A stretch of 64,000 nucleotides of DNA from Calcarisporiella thermophila CBS 279.70. Taxonomy: Eukaryota; Fungi; Calcarisporiellomycota. The stretch's first letter is position 1. The number at the start of each line of letters is the position of its first letter. This document shows, piece after piece, positions 38,630 through 49,618 of this stretch. A model generated the notes under the pieces. It searched no databases and was not told the DNA's origin. It saw only the letters and a program-made list of their open reading frames with translations. Both the position numbers and the translations under genes were made by a program. The stretch is from NCBI RefSeq assembly GCF_041956535.1, contig NW_027192192.1, positions 7,388 to 71,387 on the forward strand, in the 5' to 3' direction.

Positions 38630-39796
38630 TCTCCAGTGGTTTGGCTAATGAAGCTTGTGATTTTGAACAAAGCTCGAGCGCAACGAATTGACGCTCAAAG
38701 AGACGCGCTGGAATATCGTCCGGGTGAAGAAAAGTGCAAACTTCGAGTATCGGCAATGCTTCCGGAATTTCTCGCACACGATCGAAAGATATATTCCAAA
38801 CGGTTGCTATTGTGTGATCATAGTCACCTAGTGATTCCTCACTCCTATACGAAAGCAGTTTCTCTTGATTTCTTTTAGCTGATCAAGATAGTTCTGGAAA
38901 GAGGAAGCTGTGTTTTCGATATACGCGCGCGCAAGCTCTATCGCAAGAGGCATAAACTCGAATTGCGCCACTATCTGGTAAGCGTGATGGAACCGAGCAC
39001 TCTCTCGATCAATTGTATGCATTTCTTGGCCAAGTAGTGCCAAGAGAGCTTCTTCTTCCTTCATAATTCCCACACTAATAACCGTAGCATACCTAAATGG
39101 GATCGGTCCGCGAGTAGTAAGGATGATATACCCACCTTCACGAGGTAACATTCTAAACATCTGTTTGGCAATTCTGTCGTCCAAGTTGTCCAAGAGAAGA
39201 AGGCACTTCGAGTGTGTTTCAAGCCAATCTCGAACCCATTTGATAATTGTATCCTCCGATTTTTCTTCTAATACCATTTCTGGTATACCAAGGTGTATTG
39301 CAAGACCGCGGAAAGAGTCGGCTGCCATGGTCCAACTGTCGACTTTGAGCCAGAATACGAAATCAAACTCTTTACGATGAGCATAGCAAAAATGCAACAT
39401 AAGTTGGGTCTTTCCCATCCCACCTAACCCACTGAGCGCTGCGATTTTGCAGCCTCCACTAGAACCTGTGAAAAGGGCATCTTCGATCTTTTTGGAAATA
39501 TCAGGACGCTCAACGAAGGCCTTATTTTCATGTGGAACGCCATAAACGGCGGTTTTGGCTTCTTTGTCCTGGTTCGTCATTTTTGCAAAGTTCCATGCCT
39601 CTGATTAATGCAAAAAAAAAAAAAATTAGTTTATTGACCTCTCCTTTTTAAATTACTATATACCTAAAAAAAGTTATAGTTATTGTTTCCAACGTTAATA
39701 TATGCTCCGGTTTCGCCGTGTACATTTCCCCTGATATTGGATGTTTGAGAGGAGATTTGGCCAAGTTTGGTCGGAATAATGGATTATAATAGCATT
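38630..39796 (-). pseudogene. Truncated NB-ARC NLR pseudogene (TPR family) with a damaged N-terminal amyloid-motif exon
   Basis: VPHENKAFVER, P-loop GLGGMGKT, LLLLDNLD, FMPLAIELA. It frameshifts near 38860 and ends before the TPRs. The upstream exon (~39664-39796) has an in-frame stop and needs +1 nt in a T-run. Confidence 0.8.
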
Positions 39797-40252
39797 GGTT
39801 TTTGATATTTTGTTGTTTGCTGATAATTAACATTATGAAAAAGTGCTCCAATTGCTCAGGTTATTGCAGTTTTTAGTTGGAAATAAGATTTCTGCATTAT
39901 AAGCCTCTTCGGTGCCACTAAACTGCAGCTTTCTATATGATTGTCTTTGAATATTGATGTTATAAAAAGGTTTTTCTAAAGCACCAAAAACTAGCTGCCA
40001 ATTATGTTTCAATCCTTGTTCCACTTTAAGATTGGCCTAGTCAGTTTACTGGACAAGAGGAGGATGGCCAGATACTAGTATGCTTTATTGTTCATTGGGA
40101 AAGGGTGATAAAAAAAACTATACAGGTACAATGAAAATAAAAAGAAGCATCTTCATGTTCTGCGTACAAAGTGAAATAGAAGAAGGGAAAAGGAGGAAAC
40201 AAGGAGGTAGGGAATAGATTAATAAGTAGAAAAAAAAAAGGTGAGCAGGAGA

Positions 40253-41854
40253 TCAAAAATACACTCGCATGGCTTGATTGGGAGTCGATTCAGAGGGACA
40301 GTAGGGGCACTTGAATCGCACGCTGTTCCCTCGGCTTAACCGCCCAAGACTTTCGCGACAGATAACATGACCGCACGTCAACATCATCGGCGGGTTTTCC
40401 TCTGTCCCTTGCTCTTTGCTGACAGGGCAGGCGAAGATGGAATGGAATCGAAGATCCTCCGCGAGGGGGATCTCCACCGGAAGCTCGTCGGCCTGACTCC
40501 ACTCGTTCTTTGTCTCGCGCATGATAGTGAACATCTTGATGATGGTAGGCAGGGCGGTGGTTCCCACGGTGACGGTGATGTAGAGAGGGGATTCGGCGGG
40601 GAGCCCCAGCAGGCGACAGAAATCGGTGGTGAAGGCGTGCTGAATATCCGACCAGTAGGAGGGCGAGAGAAGGTCGGCATAGGGCGAGCGGTCCAGACGG
40701 GAAAGGAAAAGCAACGAACACATGAGCCGTTGTATCTCTATTGAGCCCGGCAGAAAAAAAAAAGTCAGTTTAGAAGACCGTTATGAAAGCTATTGTTACA
40801 AAACTCGGCCAGCAGATAGGCAAATAGGACGCATACCGTGCATATGTGTCTCTGCAAACTGGCCGAAGCTGATCTTGGAGTAGGCCAGAGCCTCTTCACA
40901 TCCTACCGTAGTCACCAGCTGGATAAAGCGCAGTTTGTGCAGGTCAAACTCTAATGTGCTTCCGAGAGCTTGGAGCTGCTCGTGTTTTGATTTAGCCCAG
41001 CTATGAAACGGAGAGAAAATCTGGGTTCAACTAAAGTCTTGGAGGTTGTAACAGAAGGAGAGGGCATACGTACTTTAGAGCGGGTTCGAGGTTCTTGGCT
41101 TTGAGGGCGGCGAGGATATGATACATTTCCATGAACTGCTCTTGAAGTTCATTTGGTATATCTAGATGAGCCTCCTAAATACAACATTATATGCCACAGC
41201 ATTAATAACGCAGAAAATATTTATAAAAAAAATGCTCATTTCTCAAAAAAGGAAATGGCGTCGGAATCACATACTTGAATGAAAGAATTGGCAAGTTCAA
41301 ACTGGCCCTGCCGTATCAGGTGCATGGCCACAGTGCGATTCAAAATGTCTTCCTTGCCCCTAAATGCTTCGGGATTGTTACCCACTGCCAGCTCTTGCTT
41401 AAATTTCTACAAGATCCGGTTCGCCAGCATAAAGATTAGTTTATAAATAGAGTTATGGTGGAGAAGCGAGAGAAAAAACGAAGAGCATCTATGCACCTTA
41501 TCTATTGCCTTTCCATATTTGCTCAGTGCACTATGGAATTCTTTTTGATCATCTGTGATCTGTGCGGAGGTTTCCTTGATCGTCTTGGAGAGGTTAGCGA
41601 GCGACACAGCAGTCGATCCTGAGAGAATGAAATAGTGGTTGCGACGTTAGTATTCAATATCTGACTCGCAGACGGAGGAAATGTAATGAAGGCGATTGTT
41701 TCGTTTCCTAAAAATCATTACCTTCACCAGATAAAATTCTCTCCTTGGTACTTTCCAGAGCGGCAATCAACCCATCTAAACGGTCTTGATACAGTTTAGA
41801 TACGGATGTCTGTTTCTTTTGTACACGCTCAAATTCTTTTGTAAGAGCTTCCAT
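40253..41854 (-). CDS. RMD5: GID/CTLH complex E3 ligase subunit RMD5/GID2 (RMND5), multi-exon
   Basis: MEALTKEFERV.., LisH/CTLH region (TVAMHLIRQGQF, LEFDLHKLRF), DELPVEIPL..FHSIFACPVSKEQ..NPPMMLTCGHVI..FKCPYCP. Confidence 0.93.
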
Positions 41855-42269
41855 GGCACTGTCTATAATGGGAACTAAAAGTCGTTCTATCCGACTTGCG
41901 GCAAAAATCCTTGCAAAAGGACTCTCTTCCTGTGACTGCGCCGCGTGAATTCCGCGTGGTCTATTTTTTCATGTCACGACTGGGTGGCTCCTTCCTTTCC
42001 TTGTAGGATGGATTCTCATAAAAAGGCACCAAATACATATATACTTGTATTTTGTAGAGGGAAACAAGACATCAGAGTATATGTACACGATGGTGATAAA
42101 CTGTACATCAAGCAAAATAGGAAAAAAAGAAAAACATCACCACCACAAATAAAAACTGAAGCTCAAGAAATAATAAAAAGCAAGGGGTGCTCAAAATAGG
42201 TTCAGGGGAAAAGAAAATGCCAATGAAGAGGAAGATGAGATGACCACTGCAAGTGTTAAAAATAAGCAT

Positions 42270-43443
42270 CTAAACCAGGATAAGCTCGCTGTCTACTCCC
42301 TTTGAGGATTTAGGGATATCGCCTTTTTGCCCCTCTATGACTGCCCAGGATGAATAGCTGAGGGTTTCGGCCGCTCTGGTCGAAGGATAGGAATCAAAAG
42401 AGGAGGACGATGGAGATTCGCTCAAACAAGTATCGTCTGCAAAAGAGGGGGCATTGCAAGAGGATATTGGAGAAATCTCATAGGATATGGGAGAGCGGGT
42501 GAGCTTGGGGCATTCTCGAAAAGCCTTTCGCAGTTCATCAATCTGGATGCGCTTTTGTGGGTCAAGAGTGAAAATTCGCAGCAATAAATTAACGACATGG
42601 CTGCTCAACAAGAGCCGGGAGGAAAGGAATTGTGCCGGAGCGGCAAGGAAGGCGCAGAAGGCCGGATCCTTTGCGCTGGCGACTCTCCAGGGATTGCGAC
42701 CACAAATAAGGTTAATCAGGATCACCCCAAGAGACCAGATATCATTTGGAGCGGTGGCATAAGGTTTGCAGGTGGAAGTGTCGAAACCGCCAAGGCACTC
42801 TAAAAGTGGCAAGTTTTAAGAAGCGTTAGATGTCGTATCGTCTACAGGGACATGAAGCATGGGAGAAGAAGAGCAGGGACGGACACTCACCAGGGGAATA
42901 GTAGAACTGGCTTCCACAACCGAATTCCATGGACCATTCCTCGTCGGTGGCCAATCCAAAATCACCCAACTTGATGACATCGTCCTCGAACACCATAATA
43001 TTTTCAGTCTTCAAATCTCGGTGGTAAATACCCCGTGAATGGCAGTATGCAACAGCATTAATCAGCTGCTCGAACACTCTTCTGACCGCTTTTTCGTCGC
43101 CAATGAATCTCCCTCTTTCAGCAATGGCGGTAAACAAGTCCCCCTCAGGGGCGTACTCAAGCACAAGAAAGAGGCCAAGAGAAGTTTGAATGACCTTTTG
43201 AAGCGGAAGAATGTTGGGGTGATTTAAGCATCCATGGATCCGGACTTCGCGAGTGTGCAGATAATTCTGTCGTGGAGTGCCGACCATGGGCAGGTGTTTG
43301 ATAGCAACATACTCTTGGGTGAGGAGATTTCGCGCAAGATAGACGCATCCGTACGCACCCTCGCCCAAAATATCCATGAGCTCGAGAGTACCTGCGCCTA
43401 GCCGAACGCCGACTAGACTGCTCCTTGAAAGAGTTGGTGCCAT
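42270..43443 (-). CDS. Ran1/Pat1/Sks1-family Ser/Thr protein kinase (one intron ~42800-42889)
   Basis: LGEGAYG, VAIK, YHRDLKTENI, DFGLAT, EFGCGSQFYYSPEC, NDIWSLGVILINLICGRNPW..A...DPAF (family signature). Confidence 0.9.
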
Positions 43444-43552
43444 AGGTCCAGGATAATTCTGGGAATTACAGAGGGGGAAGGAGAAGGGGTTGGAGTTCCG
43501 CTAGTCAGTGTAAGCAGAGGAGAGAGGCCATAAGCCAGAAGTTAATGTTGGA

Positions 43553-43597
43553 TGGAGAAGAGGGAGAAGAGGGAGAAGAGGGAGAAGAGGAGGAGAA
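43553..43597. repeat. (GAGGGAGAA)n purine-rich tandem repeat upstream of the kinase
   Basis: About four to five 9-bp units are directly visible. Confidence 0.8.
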
Positions 43598-46500
43598 AAA
43601 AACAGGGGCGAGGAATGGGTTTTAACTAGCACTCTTCCTCGGGCGTGTATTTGTTTATAGATTAGATTTGGGCAACAACTCCCAATACAATGGGAGCATG
43701 AGGGGGGGAAAAACCCTTATTTATTTATCATTATTTCATTAAGTGCATTGGATTTAATACTACCAAATCCGGGGTTGCATAGACCTAACAGGTTTCGTTA
43801 TTTTCCAGGAGGCCACGACAGGAGAGGTTTGTGTGAAATGCGTTTTTCTCCAATGGCTCCAATGTGGCGGTCCGGGCTGATCCTTAACAAATTGTGCTAT
43901 CTCTCAGTTGGAAGAAACCCGGATGACACTGAGATCAATGCCAATCTCTTCTCTTCCGCAATTTTCCCGCCTCTTCCATCTGTTTCCATGGGCCTAATAG
44001 TACTGCGGTAGTACTGGATTTCTGATCGCGTAAGAAACCGGAACGGATCAAGGGTGCCCAACTCTCTTGATTATTGCCATCGAAACAACCGCTTAGCTGA
44101 GGTGGTCTTCTTAGGATGCTTGACACCACTGCAGAACCGGTCTTTCATTTCCTCCTACCCTCCGTTTCATTGTTAGTTTGTAAAACAAAAAATAGAAGAG
44201 TTTGCCCGGTCGCTTTTGACGTAATTCTCTACGGTCCCTTGCTTGCAATGCATCCACGGTAGGGCGATAATTGTTCTCGAAAAATTGCACTTGAGCGCCC
44301 AACTTATCGAAAAATGAAAGTAGGATAAATCCCGGGGAGCATGGCATCATCCCAACTGCGCATTTGTATAAAAATGGAAGTTATTAAATTTGGCCGTCCT
44401 GCAGTGGTCGTCGTCTGAATTTTTCCCAGATTCATCTCCAATTCAAAAAACCCTTCCTCAGCTCTCCATAAGAGCCATGAATTTAACTACTTCACCTTCC
44501 CTCTTCAAGACTAGTCCAGAACTGGTCGTTTTCATTACCTAGGATGTCATGCCGGCCATTACGACACGGTGCATGTGGAGGTGGAGGGGGCGAGATTTTA
44601 GGGGAAGAGCCGCACCACGAAAAATCAAGTGCAGTGCAAGTGTTTCGGGCTGAACCATTCTTGTCCCATGGCTTTCCATGCTATTCCATGCTCTTCTTTT
44701 TCCTTCCATAGACCAGTGACGTGAGAATGACAAGATCCAGCATCTAGGAATCTCCATACTGAAAGTTGGGCTTGGAAGGAGTGTGTGTATGTGTTCCAAC
44801 CGAGCCTCCTACACCGGGTGGAGGAACTGGGCAAATCGCGGCGGCCCGTCTTTTTTCACCCTCCCAATATTGCTCAGCGGCCTAGCCTCCTCCCACAGAT
44901 GAGGCCGGGAGAAGGTTTGGGAGCGGGAAAAGCGACAATATCGCTCAGTCAGCTTAGTGCTCGGCGGTGTCAGACCTCGCGTCCATCTCGTTCCGTTATG
45001 AATTAAGAAACGCTCCTCAAAAATAGATCACCTCAACCTTGAACAAATGGATGAGTGTAAATTTAGACTCATTTCTCATATCTCTGACCTCTTGTATCCG
45101 TCGGGCTATTAGTCATAGAAGGGGAAAGAAAAACACCAGAGATAGCACATATATAGCCATATAGAAGATTAAAACTGTAGAAGGGGCTAGTAGGTTGGAA
45201 GGGGGAGGCTGCGTTTCTTCTTAGAAATTCCAAGGTTTTGGAGTGCACGTCATGTTTATTGGGCCATAGATCGCTTTCCCGTTGTCTTCTGGCGGGGAGA
45301 GAATCTTCAGTGCCGCCAAGAGATGAAGGAAGTGGACGGTTATGCTGCGCCACCGCTTGTTCTTTTGGAGGAATAGCGAGTGTCGGCAGTACTCGAATAT
45401 AACTTGATTCGTGTACTACCCCTGTGTTCTCTAGATCACCCCGTTCCTCTGCCTTCCCTTCCTCCTCCGGTTCTTCTTCACTTGGGCCCTTCTACGGTCT
45501 CCCCTCGCCACCCCTCCTCCCCCCCTTTCTTCTCTCTCTCCCCTGCCTTCGTCCCCCTCCATTGCCCTTAATGAATAACCGCGGAAAAAAATAAGGCCTC
45601 CACCCATCCGTGCATCCGCTTTGAAGGCTCACGCGTTCCCTTGTGGTTCCCATCCAAGCTGCGGCTCATACGGGCGGAACAGAGTTTTATTATAAACTTT
45701 AAGAACTTCCTGTTTTCTTTGTGCCCAACTCTAATGGGCTGAATTTGACCCGCGTTAAATTGGCATCCCGAAGTCGACCAAAGTTACTTGCCGCTTGAGT
45801 TCGGGCGTGTACGCCCAGCTCGTCGCGACGTGCGACTCACCCATGGGCTACATCCATGGTAAATTCATTTAGGGTTGGAGCTTGAGATAATCCGTGGCCG
45901 GGTGTGCTCGAGGAGCATCGTGGCCCGCTTTGGCAGGCCTCGCGGGACACAAGCCTACTGGCCGGCCAGAATCACGCCGCCCGCCAGAACGCTTTGCCTG
46001 GGTCTGAGTGCGAAGCGACGGCGAGAGAGCCGGATGCGAGGCCTCGCCGGCTCGTTCTTGGCTGGCCGGAGGCCATTCTTGTTGTAGGCTGGTTTCCCGA
46101 AAGACACCTTCGTGTAATGAGATAGACCTGCTTATCGGCAGCTGACCTTGAACCTTAGGGGCCCATTGTTTGCTAACTTTTTCCTCAGATAACAAGGAGC
46201 TAACGCCAGCTTTACCTCTGTTGAACCTCCTCGCGTTCAGCCAGCTTGCCTAGGCTTCTGAGCCAGCCGAGATGGTGGGCCGCGGGGATGAGGGCGAACC
46301 TAAGGCCATCCTAAGTCTTATGAAGGAGGCGAAACCCACCCGCATCCGACTCCAGACGCATCTGTAATTACGGGGAGCTTGCTGATGGCCCACCCACATT
46401 GGCCCGATCTGGTGGCCTAGAGCCGGTGGCCTTGGTTCAACCAGCCTGTCCGCGAATAAATGAGGCTATGGCGTAAAAGTCTAAAGGGGAGTTTAAGGTT

Positions 46501-46825
46501 TGCCCAAGTAGCTATGAAATTTTGCTTTTTTTGAATTTTCTTTGAGTCACGCAGCACCTCGGTGTGTTTGCAAGAAAGTTACTTATATCCGGTGTAATAT
46601 ATGAAGGCTGCAGCCGCCCTCTCCTCCTCGGTGCTGGCCTGGTTTCCGGATTCCTCATCCTGCGAATCGTCTCTTGGCGTTATCGCATCCCTCTTGCGCA
46701 AAACAACTGAGAATATCCCTTCTCTCGGAGCCTATTGTGTCTTGCCTTATCTCGCGTGCTGCTCCTTGTTTGTTTAGAGATTGCGAGCCCCGTCTTTCCA
46801 TCTTGGAGAGAAAGAAAGAAAGAGA

Positions 46826-47761
46826 ATGGCCGATGCAATTCAACTTTCATCGCGGGTGAATCATAGCTGGCCGCGACACAGCGCCAATTTCATCAAGGAA
46901 CCTACCCATCCGGGCGGGTATAGTGAGCAATATACAAGTACTCTTTCTTCGGTGGCCAGGGTAAGCGATTGAACATCTATTTGCATGCGGTGTTATATTG
47001 GCTCTAAATATGCTATTTTGAATGGATAGCCTCTACATCGCAGTGAAGATATCCGTCTGGCTCCCTTGAATCCTTTGAATGCATACCAGAGCATTGATTC
47101 CTCTAGTCAGACCCAGTGGGGTTCTGCTCGGCCGCCAACATCCATATCTGAGGTTCAGAGTGGATTGATTGCACCTTCTGGGTTCCAAACCCAAGCTTGT
47201 CCACATCCCAATGCTTCTCTCTCCACACCTCCGCAGCTACAGCAGCCGACTCCTTCCCACCCCAATCCTAAGCACGCGACCTTATTTTACCATCTCTTCC
47301 GCTCGAGTCCGATTCCCCCGTCGCCAGAACCCAGACAGAACAAAATGTCTATCTTCTCTCTTCTGAACCATCCCCCACGGCCGTCGCGCGACCGTCGTGC
47401 TTCCAAAGTCAGTTCTGCCTCGGCATCCGATTCCAATTCCTCAGCCGCTGCCTCCACTTCCTCCTCTGAACCTGCTCTCACCACCTGTCGCTCTTGTAAA
47501 CTCTCGCTATTCCAAGCTCCTGCCAGGCGGAGAGGAGTCAGCGGACTCAAGGATGAGCTTTGTAACCGATGCGGACTAAGGCTCATCAAGTCGCGGCGCT
47601 TTTGTCCCGAATTGGAACGGTGTTACTTTATTCCGAGCAAGAGCGAGTACATTGAATTGATGAGGATTGCGGCATCCAAGGGGGTCGACGGCGTGATGTG
47701 CCCGGCTTGCAATGCAAAAGAGCTGGCAGTGTATTATCCTTCCGTGCACTTGGCACTGTGA
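46826..47761 (+). CDS. Ash1-like GATA-type zinc-finger transcription factor (intron 46961-47029)
   Basis: CRSC-x21-CNRCGLR followed by a second Cys cluster C..C.FIPSK.E..CPAC as in yeast Ash1. MSIFSLLN repressor-like motif; in-frame splice verified. Confidence 0.75.
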
Positions 47762-48270
47762 ACCTAGTAATTTTATTTCTTGTGTATGATATTTGTTTTC
47801 TTTTTCTTTATCCAAATTGGTTTTCCTGGTCCTTTTTTTTTTTCTATTGCTCACGCATTCATATTCCTCCCTCTCTGTGGAGTCTTTACGACATAAGATA
47901 CCAAAATCCCATCTGTGTATCCGTAATGCGATCTTGCCGCATATCAAAGTAGAATAGAATCCTGTATTACCCCCCCACCTGGTCTCAATTACCTCTCAAT
48001 CTGTATGAAACTCAAACTATATATTCAAAGGCACGCTCTCTGTACACGCGATCATGGCTACTCGGTGGCTCCGAGCTGAGTGATTTGAGTCTGATTAATT
48101 TATGTAGTTTCGTGGGGTATTTGAATGCAATATTTTATAAACTATTTATTTTTTTTTTAAAAAAAAATCAAAACAAAGAAAATAAAACACATCACATCGT
48201 TTACGCCTATGTAAAATGAGAGGTTAACCAGGCGTCAGTTAAATGCTAGTGTAGGGTTATCAAGAGGGGT

Positions 48271-49031
48271 CTAAATTACCTTAATAGCATACTTGCGAAG
48301 TGGGAAGTGCTGTTCCCGCTTCTGCTGGCGCACGGTCTTGAGCGATGACTCGTGCTTTGTGAGGCGGCGGCGGATAGCGCGGGTCTTCTTGGGGCGGAGA
48401 TCGAGAGGAAGATACTTCTTGCCCTTGTAGAAGAGACGGGTCTGTTCGCGCTGAGTCTGGCTGATGACGGTAAGCACACGAGCAATTGACTTGCGGACAG
48501 TGTTACTAGCGAGGAAAAACAGACCCATGCAAAAGGAAAATGAGCCACTCTATTGCATAGAAACCCAACGATGGAGCGGCGAATGCATTACTTACATCCG
48601 GGTGAGCTTGCTAGCAGCACCGCCAGCCACCTTCTGAACACGCAGGTTCAAGAGCTCCTGCTTCAGCTCCTCGAGTTGCTTCTCGAGCTCAGCCTTATTC
48701 TTGGTGCGAAGTTCGTAGGCCTTAACGGGTGCCTAATGTAATAGGGGAAGGTTAGCGATCAGACAGATCTAATCCATTTGTAGTAGGACAAATTGAATGG
48801 AATTGAAAAGAATGGGTGATGCGTTCAGAAAGAGAGAAAAAGAGGAGGTCGTGTTGATAAAATGTCACCATTTACAATTCAACGAGGATTGCGATTTGGA
48901 ATCGACTTCAAATTGCAATCTTCATTGTCACGTATATATGATAACTTCTCTCTCGCTAAATCACTTCAAGTAATGCTATGGACTGCATCCTTAGAAAGGC
49001 TGCATATGGATGGAGTTTGGATACATACCAT
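48271..49031 (-). CDS. RPL35: 60S ribosomal protein L35 (uL29); exon 1 is ATG only (49029-49031)
   Basis: [66 protein letters not shown]. Confidence 0.97.
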
Positions 49032-49618
49032 TTGCTAGACCAAAGACGATGGATGGATGTTTCTCAAAGGGATGGATTGAGAAGAGAGGGGGAATCTTAA
49101 TCTTACAGAGTGTCTAGGTTAAAAGTTCACAAAGTTAGATTGACTGCGCCACACTCGAGAGGACAAATTCCGAGTTTGGAGTTAATTTTAAGGGAATGCA
49201 ATTTTCGCTCAATAATTTTCTTAATGATAGAATAGTACCTTTTCTGTGGCAATCCAACTAAGTGAGATATAAAAGCGAATTGGCATAGAAAACTGGGTCT
49301 AGCCTTAGATGGTTCTACTGCTGATTACTTTTGCACATGTTGGGGAAGGTATTAGCAAAATTCTTGGCTAGAAAAATGTTTTGGTTCAGAACAATGGGAA
49401 TTTATGAAAGAAAACCAATGTAACTTCCGAAAAATCCCAAACACTAATTTCGCTCCTTTCCTCACAGTAGAGGCTGAATAAAAAGGAGGTTTTGATGGTC
49501 CACAGCTACAAGCTTAAAATAGGGTTTTAAAGCCATTTACGCACTATGAGAAAATTTCCTCTTGAATCAATTAATTTGTTATCATTCGAAGGACCAACAA
49601 CGAGAAGATATCTCCGTA

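Noticed and set aside
43748-46800. Numerous 60-110 aa ORFs between the kinase and the GATA factor
   Set aside because: They have no recognisable domains and mostly non-ATG starts; best read as a long regulatory/UTR region.
49040-49600. Searched here, at 57400-58100 and at 30200-31350 for an adjacent HeLo/HELL-type effector with a C-terminal amyloid motif
   Set aside because: No ORF or exon set with such features is visible. The effector, if any, lies outside the window.
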